DNA from: an uncultured Clostridiaceae bacterium
GTDB lineage: Bacteria > Bacillota > Clostridia > TANB77 > CAG-465
DNA: 64,000 nt
Assembly (NCBI GenBank): GCA_964371585.1
Contig: CAYJMD010000003.1
Coordinates: 14,631-78,630, forward strand
Reading direction: 5' to 3'
A model generated the notes under the pieces. That model had not been told where the DNA came from and did no database searches. It saw nothing but the letters and a program-made list of their open reading frames with translations. A program made the position numbers and the translations under genes. This document shows, in pieces, positions 48,864-57,746 of this stretch; the first letter of the stretch is position 1, and each line of letters starts with the position of its first letter.

Positions 48864-50195
48864 TTAATTAGTTTTTATATTATTTTTAGTTTTATTTTTA
48901 CTACTTTCGGAAGAAATTACACTTCCATATTTAACTAAATTAACATCATATTTTTTATTTAAATCATCTATTATACTTGATACTTTTTCTTGTTTAATTC
49001 TAACTTTATTTTTTATATCTTGTGTATTTATATTATGATTTTTAATATTATTATCTCTATTATTGTTAGCATATTTATTATCCATTTTTAACAAATCATT
49101 TTGATTCATATTAGGTAGATCCTCAAACATATTAACTTGAACCTCATCATTTTCATATACTAAATTATTAGCTGAAACAGTAAGCATTCTTACATTTCTT
49201 GATTTAATATAATTCTCTTTTAGTAATTCTTCTACTTTAATAATCATATCTGTATATAGATTAGTTTTAAGTATCTTTTTTTGCCTTGTAAAACTTATAA
49301 AATTATTGTCTTTTATTGTTATAGATATTACTGTACATTTAGCTTTTTTCTCTCTAAGCTCAGTTGCTACAATATTAGTTAAATCTCTTATTCTTTTAAG
49401 CTGATATTCTAAATCATTACTATCTTCTTTAAATGTTCTTCCATGACTTACACTTTTAACTAAATACTCATCTGTATATAACTTAACATTAGAACTATCC
49501 AGTCCATGTACCATATTATATAGACTATCACCATTTTTACCAAGTAGTTTTAGTAATTTGAATTTATCCATGTGAGCAATATCACCTATTTTTGTTATTC
49601 CTTTTTTATTTAAAAATATAGTTGTAGCTTTACCCACATACAGTAAATTATTTATGTCAAGAGGATATAATATTCTTTTATAATTTTTAAAATCAATCAC
49701 AGTTATTGCATCTGGCTTTTTCATATCACTACCCATTTTAGCAAAAGATTTAGTAAAACTAATTCCAATAGATATAGTGAGTCCTAATGTGTTTTTAACA
49801 TCTTCTTTAATTAAATTTGCAATATTAACACTACTTCCATATAACGCTAAACTTTCACTTACATCTAAAAAAGATTCATCAATACTCATAGGCTCAACTC
49901 TATTTGTATATTTAAGGTATACTTTATTTACTAATTCAGAATACTTTTTATACTCTGGATAATCACTACTAACAAGCACTAAATCTGGACATTTCTTTTT
50001 AGCACTATATATTGTTTCAGCTGTCACAACTCCATATTTTTTAGCTAAATTATTTTTAGCAAGTATAATTCCACTTCTTGTTTTAGGATCACCACAAACG
50101 GCCATCGGAACATTTTTTAAATTCTCATCCTTAAGAGATGCTACAGAAGCAAAAAAATTATTCAAATCACAATGAAGTATATTACTCTCTTTCAA
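48864..50195 (-). CDS. dinB: DNA polymerase IV (Y-family) with N-rich C-terminal tail
   Basis: Start moved to TTG 50195 (GGTGA SD 5 nt upstream), because the track 5' extension is a consensus promoter. ILHCDLNNFFASV and SIDESFLDV motifs. Confidence 0.9.
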   Translation of the reverse strand: MKESNILHCDLNNFFASVASLKDENLKNVPMAVCGDPKTRSGIILAKNNLAKKYGVVTAETIYSAKKKCPDLVLVSSDYPEYKKYSELVNKVYLKYTNRVEPMSIDESFLDVSESLALYGSSVNIANLIKEDVKNTLGLTISIGISFTKSFAKMGSDMKKPDAITVIDFKNYKRILYPLDINNLLYVGKATTIFLNKKGITKIGDIAHMDKFKLLKLLGKNGDSLYNMVHGLDSSNVKLYTDEYLVKSVSHGRTFKEDSNDLEYQLKRIRDLTNIVATELREKKAKCTVISITIKDNNFISFTRQKKILKTNLYTDMIIKVEELLKENYIKSRNVRMLTVSANNLVYENDEVQVNMFEDLPNMNQNDLLKMDNKYANNNRDNNIKNHNINTQDIKNKVRIKQEKVSSIIDDLNKKYDVNLVKYGSVISSESSKNKTKNNIKTN

Positions 50196-50211
50196 AACTA
50201 TCACCAAACTC

Positions 50212-50240
50212 ATTATACCAAACAATTGTTTTATAGTCAA
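50212..50240 (-). promoter_or_regulatory. consensus-like sigma-A promoter for dinB
   Basis: Minus strand reads TTGACT-17 nt-TATAAT. Confidence 0.7.
50220..50231. promoter_or_regulatory. 12-bp perfect palindrome AAACAATTGTTT in the dinB promoter spacer (candidate LexA-type operator)
   Basis: Read directly. The AAC-N4-GTT core matches the core of the Firmicute SOS box CGAAC-N4-GTTCG. Confidence 0.35.
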
Positions 50241-50334
50241 CTTTTATACTATTAATATACATTTTATCCATATATTTAAATTAGCTTATTAATTAGTTTT
50301 TAATTATATTATTTATGTTTATCATCATTTAAAG

Positions 50335-50363
50335 TTGAACATGTATTACTTAGATGGTATAAT
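50335..50363 (+). promoter_or_regulatory. sigma-A type promoter
   Basis: TTGAAC-17 nt-TATAAT with a TGg extended -10. Confidence 0.65.
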
Positions 50364-50420
50364 ATTGTTATAAATATTGTATAATATTTAAAATTAATTA
50401 ATTTTAAAGGAGACATTATC

Positions 50421-50732
50421 ATGAAAAAATTAGACATTTACGAACCAAACGACTTAACTATCAAAAACGTGATTACAACTATCAAAACTGAATTTGAAAA
50501 AGACTTTGAATTGCAAGGAATACGGTTTATAAAAAACATTACTGATAAACAGTGCTGGATTTATTGTATTTCAAGAGATGGACTACTTAGTAAAACTATA
50601 GAAAACTATATTATCGGACTTAATGGACAAATTAGCAAAAAGTATTCTTCAGTAACCTTACTTGGAACATATGATATATTCACTATTCCTATTAATCAAA
50701 ACAGACATTTAGAAGATTTTTTTAATAATTAA
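50421..50732 (+). CDS. hypothetical protein
   Basis: 103 aa, AAGGAGA SD, with its own promoter and terminator. Confidence 0.55.
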   Translation: MKKLDIYEPNDLTIKNVITTIKTEFEKDFELQGIRFIKNITDKQCWIYCISRDGLLSKTIENYIIGLNGQISKKYSSVTLLGTYDIFTIPINQNRHLEDFFNN

Positions 50733-50737
50733 ATATC

Positions 50738-50769
50738 AAAAAGCAGTATGAACTATTCATACTGCTTTT
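50738..50769. terminator. bidirectional hairpin terminator
   Basis: AAAAGCAGTATGA-N6-TCATACTGCTTTT, a perfect 13-bp stem. Confidence 0.8.
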
Positions 50770-50832
50770 ATTTTAATTAATAATTTACTTTACTTTTGTA
50801 TTCAATCAATGTACTTCTTTTATCACTAGTAA

Positions 50833-51402
50833 TTATGTTCTTATTTTCATAGCATATTCTACTTGATTTCCGTATGAATCATTGTTTGAATATACAGGTT
50901 CTAGTTCATATAATATATATATATTTCTATCATCTGGTAGGTTTGATATATCTAGTTTAAACTGATTATCAGAAATATTTATTGTTTCACTTAGCTTAGC
51001 ATTTAACTCCTCATCTATTAATGTTATATTAACATCTTTAAATTTAAAAGTTCTACTATTTTTTACTGCTTCGTCCTGTGTAATTAAATCTATATTACTA
51101 TCACAAACTACTAAATCTATTAATAATGTATTATCTATTTCAGTAAAAGGAATATCTTTAAGTTTTTCTTTTATTTGCATATAAATATCTTCTTCATTAA
51201 AATATGATATTGCTGCTACATTATTATCTGAATTATAATAATTCCAATCATAATCAATTAAATGAGCAGATATATTATCATTTATTTTTAGTATTTCCTT
51301 AATATCTACATTTCTCTGAGTATAAATAGCATTAATAGCTATTACGGAAATAATAACTCCAATTACTCCACCTATTAAAATTAAACTTATTCTACTTTTC
51401 AA
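50833..51402 (-). CDS. membrane-anchored hypothetical protein
   Basis: TTG 51402 lies 5 nt after an AGGTGA SD (the track GTG start is inside the SD). One N-terminal TM helix. Confidence 0.5.
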   Translation of the reverse strand: MKSRISLILIGGVIGVIISVIAINAIYTQRNVDIKEILKINDNISAHLIDYDWNYYNSDNNVAAISYFNEEDIYMQIKEKLKDIPFTEIDNTLLIDLVVCDSNIDLITQDEAVKNSRTFKFKDVNITLIDEELNAKLSETINISDNQFKLDISNLPDDRNIYILYELEPVYSNNDSYGNQVEYAMKIRT

Positions 51403-51440
51403 TATTATCACCTACCTTATAACACAAATATATACTAATA

Positions 51441-52919
51441 TTATTTTATATCAAGCATTCTTTTTGCTATTTTAAGATCGGATTCAAAGTATGTAAATAC
51501 ACCTTTAACTTTTTGGTAATCTTCCTCACCTTTAGCTAGTAATACAATAACATCACCTTTTTTTGAATTTTTTATTGCTTTTTCTACAGCTTCTGTTCTA
51601 TCTTCAACTATTTCATATTTAACTTTTTCAGGAATAAACTTAACAATATCTAAACAAATACTTTCAACAGTTTCAAATTGCGGATCTTCTGCTGTTAAAT
51701 AAACATAATCAGAGTTAGCACCTACAATTTCACCAAAATCTTGTCTTCTTTTATATGCTTTGTTTCCTGGACCACCGCCTAAAGATACTATTCTTCTATT
51801 TGGGTAATCCACTTTTATTGATTCATATAGTTTTGCAAATGAAAGTCTATTATGTGCATAATCTACAATCACTGTTATGCCATTTTTTTCAAATACATTC
51901 ATTCTTCCTCTTACTTCTGTAACAAGAAGTCCCTTTTTTATATCTTCATCTAAAATATTAAGTACTTTTGCCATAGTTATTGCTGCAACTGCATTTTCTA
52001 TATTAAATCTTCCTTGCATATTAATTTTAAATTCTTCCTTATAATTTATTTTATCATTAATTACTGTAAATGAAAAGCCTGTTTCTTCTTTTTTAATATT
52101 TTCATATCTATAATCTGCTTCTTTACCTTTACCGTAAGTAACATATGGTACATTTTCAGATATACAAGTTTCTTTTATTTTATTAAATTCATCCATATCT
52201 GAATTTAATACCATATCATCAACATTATTTATTAATTGTAATTTACAATTCAAATAATCTTCATAATCTGGATGCTCAGCATCACTTATATGATCTTCAG
52301 AAATATTTAAAAACATTCCATGTTTAAAATGTACTCCTAAAGCTCTATCTGTTTTATATGCTTGTGAAGTGACTTCCATAGTTAAGTATTTTAAATTATT
52401 TTGTTTAACTTCATAAAAGTACTTATGAAGCTCTAATGCTTCTGGCGTTGTTAAGTGAGCTTCTTCTTTTCTTTTACCTGTTATTATTTCAACTGTAGAT
52501 ATAACTGCACTATCTTTATTTATATGTCTATCTATTATATTTTTTAAAAAATATGTTACTGTAGTTTTACCTTTAGTACCTGTTATACCAATAGTTTCTA
52601 TATCATTATATGCATCTTTATAGAAAAGTTTAGCTACATATGCCATTGCTTTTCTTACATCTTTAACAATTATATAATTTACGTCATCTCTATACTTTTC
52701 TTCAGCAATATAGCAACTAGCACCGTTTTCTAAAGCTTTGTCTAAATATTCAGATTTATAATTTTTACCTTTACAAAAAAATAATGTATTACTATTTATA
52801 TCTCTAGAATCATATGATAGATACTTAATCATATCATCATTGTTAATGTTACACTCTAAAATCAAACACTTATCTTCAAGTAATTTTTCTATTTTTTCTA
52901 AACTAACTAAAAGTTCCAT
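51441..52919 (-). CDS. murE: UDP-N-acetylmuramoyl-L-alanyl-D-glutamate--diamino acid ligase (MurE)
   Basis: GITGTKGKTT P-loop. EDPQ (51689-51678) sits where meso-diaminopimelate (mDAP)-type enzymes have DNPR. Confidence 0.85.
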   Translation of the reverse strand: MELLVSLEKIEKLLEDKCLILECNINNDDMIKYLSYDSRDINSNTLFFCKGKNYKSEYLDKALENGASCYIAEEKYRDDVNYIIVKDVRKAMAYVAKLFYKDAYNDIETIGITGTKGKTTVTYFLKNIIDRHINKDSAVISTVEIITGKRKEEAHLTTPEALELHKYFYEVKQNNLKYLTMEVTSQAYKTDRALGVHFKHGMFLNISEDHISDAEHPDYEDYLNCKLQLINNVDDMVLNSDMDEFNKIKETCISENVPYVTYGKGKEADYRYENIKKEETGFSFTVINDKINYKEEFKINMQGRFNIENAVAAITMAKVLNILDEDIKKGLLVTEVRGRMNVFEKNGITVIVDYAHNRLSFAKLYESIKVDYPNRRIVSLGGGPGNKAYKRRQDFGEIVGANSDYVYLTAEDPQFETVESICLDIVKFIPEKVKYEIVEDRTEAVEKAIKNSKKGDVIVLLAKGEEDYQKVKGVFTYFESDLKIAKRMLDIK

Positions 52920-52967
52920 ACTATATCTCCTTTCAAATAATTAATTACATAGTCTAACCTAAATTAA

Positions 52968-53951
52968 CTAATTATTGTTTTTTTCTAATCTATTTTTTAA
53001 ATTATCTTTATTTAATCCTACTGCTAAGAAGTTGTATAATATTTCCCACGCAATAAAACTTGTTATACCACTTGCGTCTTGAATTGGATTTAGTTCAACT
53101 TGATCAAAAGCTACAACATTTATATCTTTCAGTCCTCTTAAAACATTAAGTACTTTCATTATTTTAAGACCATTGTATTTTGGTGTACCTACACCTTCAC
53201 TATATGCTGCTTCTAATGAGTCCATATCGAAAGTAACATATACTCCATCACAATCTTTAAATTTATCTTTTAATATAGTTAAAACTTCTTCTTCTAACAT
53301 GTTATTAAATTCATTTGAAGTGATTGTTGTTATATTATTATCTACTGCAAAATCATTCCACACTCTGTTTACTAATCCTCTAAGTCCTATAACAGCCATA
53401 TTATTTCCTTCTAAATGACCTTCTTTAATAAGATTGGAAAATTGATTACAATGAGATACTCTTGGCATAAATGGAATATCTGGTTCTGTATCATTATGTG
53501 CATCAAATTGTAATAACCCTAACTTTTTAAAGTTCCCGCCTTCTTTAACTCCTATAAATGATCCATAAGTTATTGAATGATCTCCACCTATTATAACTGG
53601 AAATGTTGATTTTACCATTTTAGAGGATACTCTTATTAATTCATTTAATGTTTCTTCTTGATTACCTTTATATACGTTTAAGTCTCCTAAATCGCATATA
53701 TTTAAATCATTTGTTTTTACTATTTTTCTATTATCATAGTCATAGCATTCCATTCCATCTATTCTTTTCCACATAGAATGTTCTCTAACTGCTCTTGGTG
53801 CATACTGCATTCCAAGTCTATATGTAGCTCCCATTTCACTTGGAACTCCAAGTACTGATACTTCGTAATTATTTACTTCACTTAGGCTTACATGTTCACT
53901 ACCTACAAAAGTAGCTATGCCGAAGTGTTTCATTTCTTCTGCTTGTTTCAA
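52968..53951 (-). CDS. agmatinase/ureohydrolase-family protein
   Basis: TTG start after an AAGGAGA SD. GGDHSITYG, DAHNDT and DMDSLE manganese-ligand motifs. Confidence 0.8.
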   Translation of the reverse strand: MKQAEEMKHFGIATFVGSEHVSLSEVNNYEVSVLGVPSEMGATYRLGMQYAPRAVREHSMWKRIDGMECYDYDNRKIVKTNDLNICDLGDLNVYKGNQEETLNELIRVSSKMVKSTFPVIIGGDHSITYGSFIGVKEGGNFKKLGLLQFDAHNDTEPDIPFMPRVSHCNQFSNLIKEGHLEGNNMAVIGLRGLVNRVWNDFAVDNNITTITSNEFNNMLEEEVLTILKDKFKDCDGVYVTFDMDSLEAAYSEGVGTPKYNGLKIMKVLNVLRGLKDINVVAFDQVELNPIQDASGITSFIAWEILYNFLAVGLNKDNLKNRLEKNNN

Positions 53952-53989
53952 ATTTTATTCTCCTTCTTATATTTTTAATATATAAAAAC

Positions 53990-54018
53990 ATTATATCATT
54001 TGTAGTTATTTTTTTCAA
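53990..54018 (-). promoter_or_regulatory. sigma-A type promoter for the ureohydrolase-murE operon
   Basis: Minus strand reads TTGAAA-17 nt-TATAAT with a TGa extended -10. Confidence 0.7.
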
Positions 54019-54078
54019 GCTATACTTGTAATATACTAAAAACTTAACAGTCATTATATATTTTTAAAATATATAAAA

Positions 54079-54109
54079 ACAGATATATAACATTATGTTA
54101 TATATCTGT
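54079..54109 (-). terminator. hairpin terminator after paralog P4
   Basis: 31-nt perfect palindrome ACAGATATATAACATTATGTTATATATCTGT. Confidence 0.7.
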
Positions 54110-54119
54110 CTAATATTAT

Positions 54120-55016
54120 TCATTTAATAATAGGGATTTCAAGTTCTATTTCAAGATTACAATTTTCATCAATCTCAACTGAAATAGTGCCAAAACCTTG
54201 AAATTGTAAAAATTCAATTATGATATTCACAAATTCATCATAAGATACAGTATTTAATTTATTAGAATCAACAGTAATACTAATATCTAAATTGGTATAC
54301 TCAAATCCTTGGATTATATGACTATATATCTTAGTGAATTGAGCAATAAATTCTTTTTTTATTGTAGCTAGTAATTTATTATTTAGCCAAAGTTGTAAAC
54401 CAATCTCATTTTGCAAATCAGCTCTTATTATGATATTTTTAGCTACATCATCTGGAGTTATAATATTAATAGGTATTCCAAGTTCATTTATAAAGTTTTT
54501 TAATTTAGTTATATCACTATTTAATATACTTCTAAATCTATTCCAAATTGCATAATCAATTTGAGTATATAAACTAATAATATCAATTATTAATGAAAAT
54601 TCTCCTATTTTATAATCACTTTCATCGATATGAGTTAAATTACTAAAATAATTTAGATATTCTTCTAGATAATTATTAAAAACTAAATCCAAACTATATA
54701 AATCCTTTTTATTTATTGTAATATTTAAAAGTTCTAACTTTTCAGCAATATTATCTATCAGTATAGACAATTCATTATCTAAATCATAACTTATTTCATT
54801 ATCATCTTCCTCTAATATTTCTTCAGTATCTTTATTGTCATTATCTAGATTTTTTTTAATTTTTTCATAATGAATAAATATTTTTTCAGAATTTAAGATG
54901 GTATGATTAATCATATTATCAATATTTATCACAGATAAAATTACATAGTCTATTTCCAATTTAATCATATTATTTGGAATGAATATTCTGTTTGAAGCAT
55001 ATATAGCTTTATCCAT
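54120..55016 (-). CDS. acidic hypothetical protein, paralog P4 of a four-gene array
   Basis: 298 aa. ATG lies 2 nt after the P3 stop, and the GAGGAGGAG codons of P3 serve as its SD. C-terminus YDEFVNIIIEFLQFQGFGTISVEIDE. Confidence 0.65.
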   Translation of the reverse strand: MDKAIYASNRIFIPNNMIKLEIDYVILSVINIDNMINHTILNSEKIFIHYEKIKKNLDNDNKDTEEILEEDDNEISYDLDNELSILIDNIAEKLELLNITINKKDLYSLDLVFNNYLEEYLNYFSNLTHIDESDYKIGEFSLIIDIISLYTQIDYAIWNRFRSILNSDITKLKNFINELGIPINIITPDDVAKNIIIRADLQNEIGLQLWLNNKLLATIKKEFIAQFTKIYSHIIQGFEYTNLDISITVDSNKLNTVSYDEFVNIIIEFLQFQGFGTISVEIDENCNLEIELEIPIIK

Positions 55017-55018
55017 AA

Positions 55019-55861
55019 TTACTCCTCCTCATTATAAGTGACATCAATTGTTTCTATTGTTATAATAAAATCGCTTTGTTCTTCGCTAAAACTTACTTTT
55101 TCAAATCCATGAAACTTAAAAAAATTTTTAATGTAAATAAGAAAATCTTCATCTAACATTTTAAACATATTCATATAATATGAATTAACCGATATCACAT
55201 ATGTTCTTGTAGTAAAACTTGCATTATCAAACTCTGCAATTTCAGAATACTTTTCAATTGATTTAATAATCAATATATTAATAAAACTTGGAAAAACTTC
55301 ATCTAGTAATTCCCATACATGTGAAGGAAATACAAGATCAATATTTTGAACTCTACAATTTATCATCATTTCATTAAAACTATTTTCAAGCATATCAAAT
55401 CCATACTTATCAGTAACATCTGAAAAATGAATATTACCTAACAAAAATTTACTAATCTCTTCTTTATAATCATCGATTAAAGTAATATGCAAGATTATAT
55501 ACTTAACATATATCATTCTAAAAAATTCCGATTGATTTATTAAATCATTACTAATATTTAATAATGACAACACTACATTTAACGCTTTATCCATTTCATA
55601 TATATTATTAATACTACTTCTATTTAAGTTTAGTTCTTCCTCTTTTTCATGTACAAGAGTAATAATAGAATTAAATATATATTCAAATTCGCACTTATCT
55701 GTAAATTCGCCTCCTTTAATTTCTAATTCTTCATTTTCTTCAACTATTTTATCTATAATTTCCCGAGTCATAAGTAGCTGAATAAGCATCGTTTCTAAAT
55801 AAAAATATATCATTTCTGATACGTAAAAAAGCGGTGGATAAATTTTAGCATTGTTACTCAT
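55019..55861 (-). CDS. acidic hypothetical protein, paralog P3
   Basis: Start moved to ATG 55861 (AGGAGG SD); the track extension to 55945 covers a promoter. C-terminus DEDFLIYIKNFFKFHGFEKVSFSEE. Confidence 0.65.
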   Translation of the reverse strand: MSNNAKIYPPLFYVSEMIYFYLETMLIQLLMTREIIDKIVEENEELEIKGGEFTDKCEFEYIFNSIITLVHEKEEELNLNRSSINNIYEMDKALNVVLSLLNISNDLINQSEFFRMIYVKYIILHITLIDDYKEEISKFLLGNIHFSDVTDKYGFDMLENSFNEMMINCRVQNIDLVFPSHVWELLDEVFPSFINILIIKSIEKYSEIAEFDNASFTTRTYVISVNSYYMNMFKMLDEDFLIYIKNFFKFHGFEKVSFSEEQSDFIITIETIDVTYNEEE

Positions 55862-55916
55862 AATTCCAAACCTCCTAAAATTAATTAATTTTATGTTATT
55901 ATTTATTGTTAATTGA

Positions 55917-55945
55917 ATTATATCATAGCAGTAGTATCTTATCAA
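55917..55945 (-). promoter_or_regulatory. sigma-A type promoter for P3-P4
   Basis: Minus strand reads TTGATA-17 nt-TATAAT with a TGa extended -10. Confidence 0.6.
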
Positions 55946-55963
55946 GTTATCTTAGTAACAAAA

Positions 55964-56001
55964 AACTTAAATATATAACAATTATGTTACATATTTAAGT
56001 T
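55964..56001 (-). terminator. long hairpin after paralog P2
   Basis: AACTTAAATATaTAACA-atta-TGTTAcATATTTAAGTT. Confidence 0.65.
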
Positions 56002-56006
56002 TAATT

Positions 56007-57002
56007 TTATAGTTCAAATATTATAAATACATCTAGTTTTATTTCATCTTCTTCTATACTAATACCAAAATTATTAAATCCTTCAAATTCAAGTAAAATT
56101 TTTAGATAATTAATAAACTCAGATTCACTTATTTTAATCTTGGATATATCTTCTTTTTCAAAAAAACATTTAACTTCAAAATTAATATCATCATTATCTA
56201 TATCACATTCATTTTCAATGTATAAATAAATAAGTTCTAATATCTCAATTAAAATATTTTCATAAAATAAAATTTCCATTTCGATTAATACAAGTTGATT
56301 CATATTTTCTTCTCTATCTAAGGTGATTTTAAAAAAATCATTAATGTTATAATCCAGTGTTACTCCAAAAAGATAGGTTAAATCATTTACTTTCATTCTA
56401 TTTAAAGAATTTTTTTTATAATATTTTTGAAATTCTGTAATAAACTTTTCACTGATATTGCTTGTAAGCTTTTCATAATAATTAGAAATACTATCTAATG
56501 CTTGAATAATTCTTGCTAAATCTTCTTCTTCCTCATCTGATATATCATAAAATTCATCACCAGTTGTATCATCTGATATCAAATCTAAAGATTCAATATA
56601 GTTAATAATACTAATAATAATTTTATGTAATTGCTTATCAAAAGTACTAATACATTTAATACTATCATAATCTATCGAAGAATAATAGTTAGGGGATAGT
56701 TTTTCTAAACTTTCATCAGACATTTCTAATAGTAATATAAGCTTATCAACTAAATCTGAAAAAGTTTTTTTTGTTAATGGATACTCCATATTATGTTCAT
56801 CTTGCTCTGAATTACTTCCTTCTGATATATTTTCATCCTCATCATCTTCAATAGAGCCTAATATATCAACCATTTTTTCATAACTATTATCTAACAATCT
56901 AATTGTTTTAACATAATTTGAAATTAATATCTTAACAAGTAACATCACAGGAATATCTTTTACATACCGAATATAGTTTGAAACAAGTATATTATTTCCC
57001 AT
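56007..57002 (-). CDS. acidic hypothetical protein, paralog P2
   Basis: 331 aa, GGAGG SD, 15 nt after the P1 stop. C-terminus SEFINYLKILLEFEGFNNFGISIEEDE. Confidence 0.65.
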   Translation of the reverse strand: MGNNILVSNYIRYVKDIPVMLLVKILISNYVKTIRLLDNSYEKMVDILGSIEDDEDENISEGSNSEQDEHNMEYPLTKKTFSDLVDKLILLLEMSDESLEKLSPNYYSSIDYDSIKCISTFDKQLHKIIISIINYIESLDLISDDTTGDEFYDISDEEEEDLARIIQALDSISNYYEKLTSNISEKFITEFQKYYKKNSLNRMKVNDLTYLFGVTLDYNINDFFKITLDREENMNQLVLIEMEILFYENILIEILELIYLYIENECDIDNDDINFEVKCFFEKEDISKIKISESEFINYLKILLEFEGFNNFGISIEEDEIKLDVFIIFEL

Positions 57003-57017
57003 AGTAATACCTCCATA

Positions 57018-57641
57018 TCAAATAATTTTTATTGTTATAAATATTTCACAATCTTTAGTATAAATAGCTTCTATTCTTAGCAAATTATATAATAAATATT
57101 CTTTAATGCACATTACAATATCATTAATATTGCTGCCTGTTTCATTTATAAGCCTGGTAACAGTATTTTCCGAAATCTTAAGTTTTACAGTTTTATTGTC
57201 TAGAGAAATATTCTCATCTTCAAAACATTTTTTAACTATTGCTTTAAAGAATTTACAAGATAAATATTCATATACAGCATATGGTATTTGCACTCTAGAA
57301 AAATTATCTCTAAACTTTTCTGTCACTTCTTGAATTTTTATTTTTTCTGGAGCTTTTATTGCTGCATATATACCGATCTCGTTAAATATAATATTAAGAA
57401 GCTTGTCTGTTTCTTTAACATTTAGTTTACTTGGATGAATTATAAGTTCTACAATTTGCTTTTTTAAATACTCAATATGTTCATCACAAGCATATTCATC
57501 ACTAGTTACAGGATTTTTATCACTATCTAAAACAATAATATTCTCATCATTTTTAATACTAGCTAACATGCTTAAAAACAGTTGTATTACAACACCTTTA
57601 GGTACTCCCTCGTTTATTTTGTTTGTCACTGAAAATTTCAT
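57018..57641 (-). CDS. hypothetical protein, divergent shorter paralog P1
   Basis: ATG 57641 lies 9 nt after an AAGGAG SD (the track ATG abuts the SD). C-terminus NDIVMCIKEYLLYNLLRIEAIYTKD. Confidence 0.55.
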   Translation of the reverse strand: MKFSVTNKINEGVPKGVVIQLFLSMLASIKNDENIIVLDSDKNPVTSDEYACDEHIEYLKKQIVELIIHPSKLNVKETDKLLNIIFNEIGIYAAIKAPEKIKIQEVTEKFRDNFSRVQIPYAVYEYLSCKFFKAIVKKCFEDENISLDNKTVKLKISENTVTRLINETGSNINDIVMCIKEYLLYNLLRIEAIYTKDCEIFITIKII

Positions 57642-57694
57642 TAGTAACATCTCCTTTTTTAATTATAAATTAGTTTTATATAAACTTCTACAGT

Positions 57695-57723
57695 ATTATA
57701 CCATACACGAATATATTTTACAA
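57695..57723 (-). promoter_or_regulatory. sigma-A type promoter for P1-P2
   Basis: Minus strand reads TTGTAA-17 nt-TATAAT with a TGg extended -10. Confidence 0.55.
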
Positions 57724-57746
57724 GACAAACAACAAAGATTACATAA

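Noticed and set aside
50196-50240. 5' extension of the dinB ORF in the track (MTIKQLFGIMSLVIV..).
   Set aside because: The extension encodes a TTGACT-17-TATAAT promoter, has no SD, and would add residues absent from DinB N-termini. Similar track extensions were trimmed for spoIID (25018-25137), P3 (55862-55945), TraX (6722-6778), pilin B, the M23 gene, the LRR protein and others, where the first codon is an alternative start sitting inside the SD.
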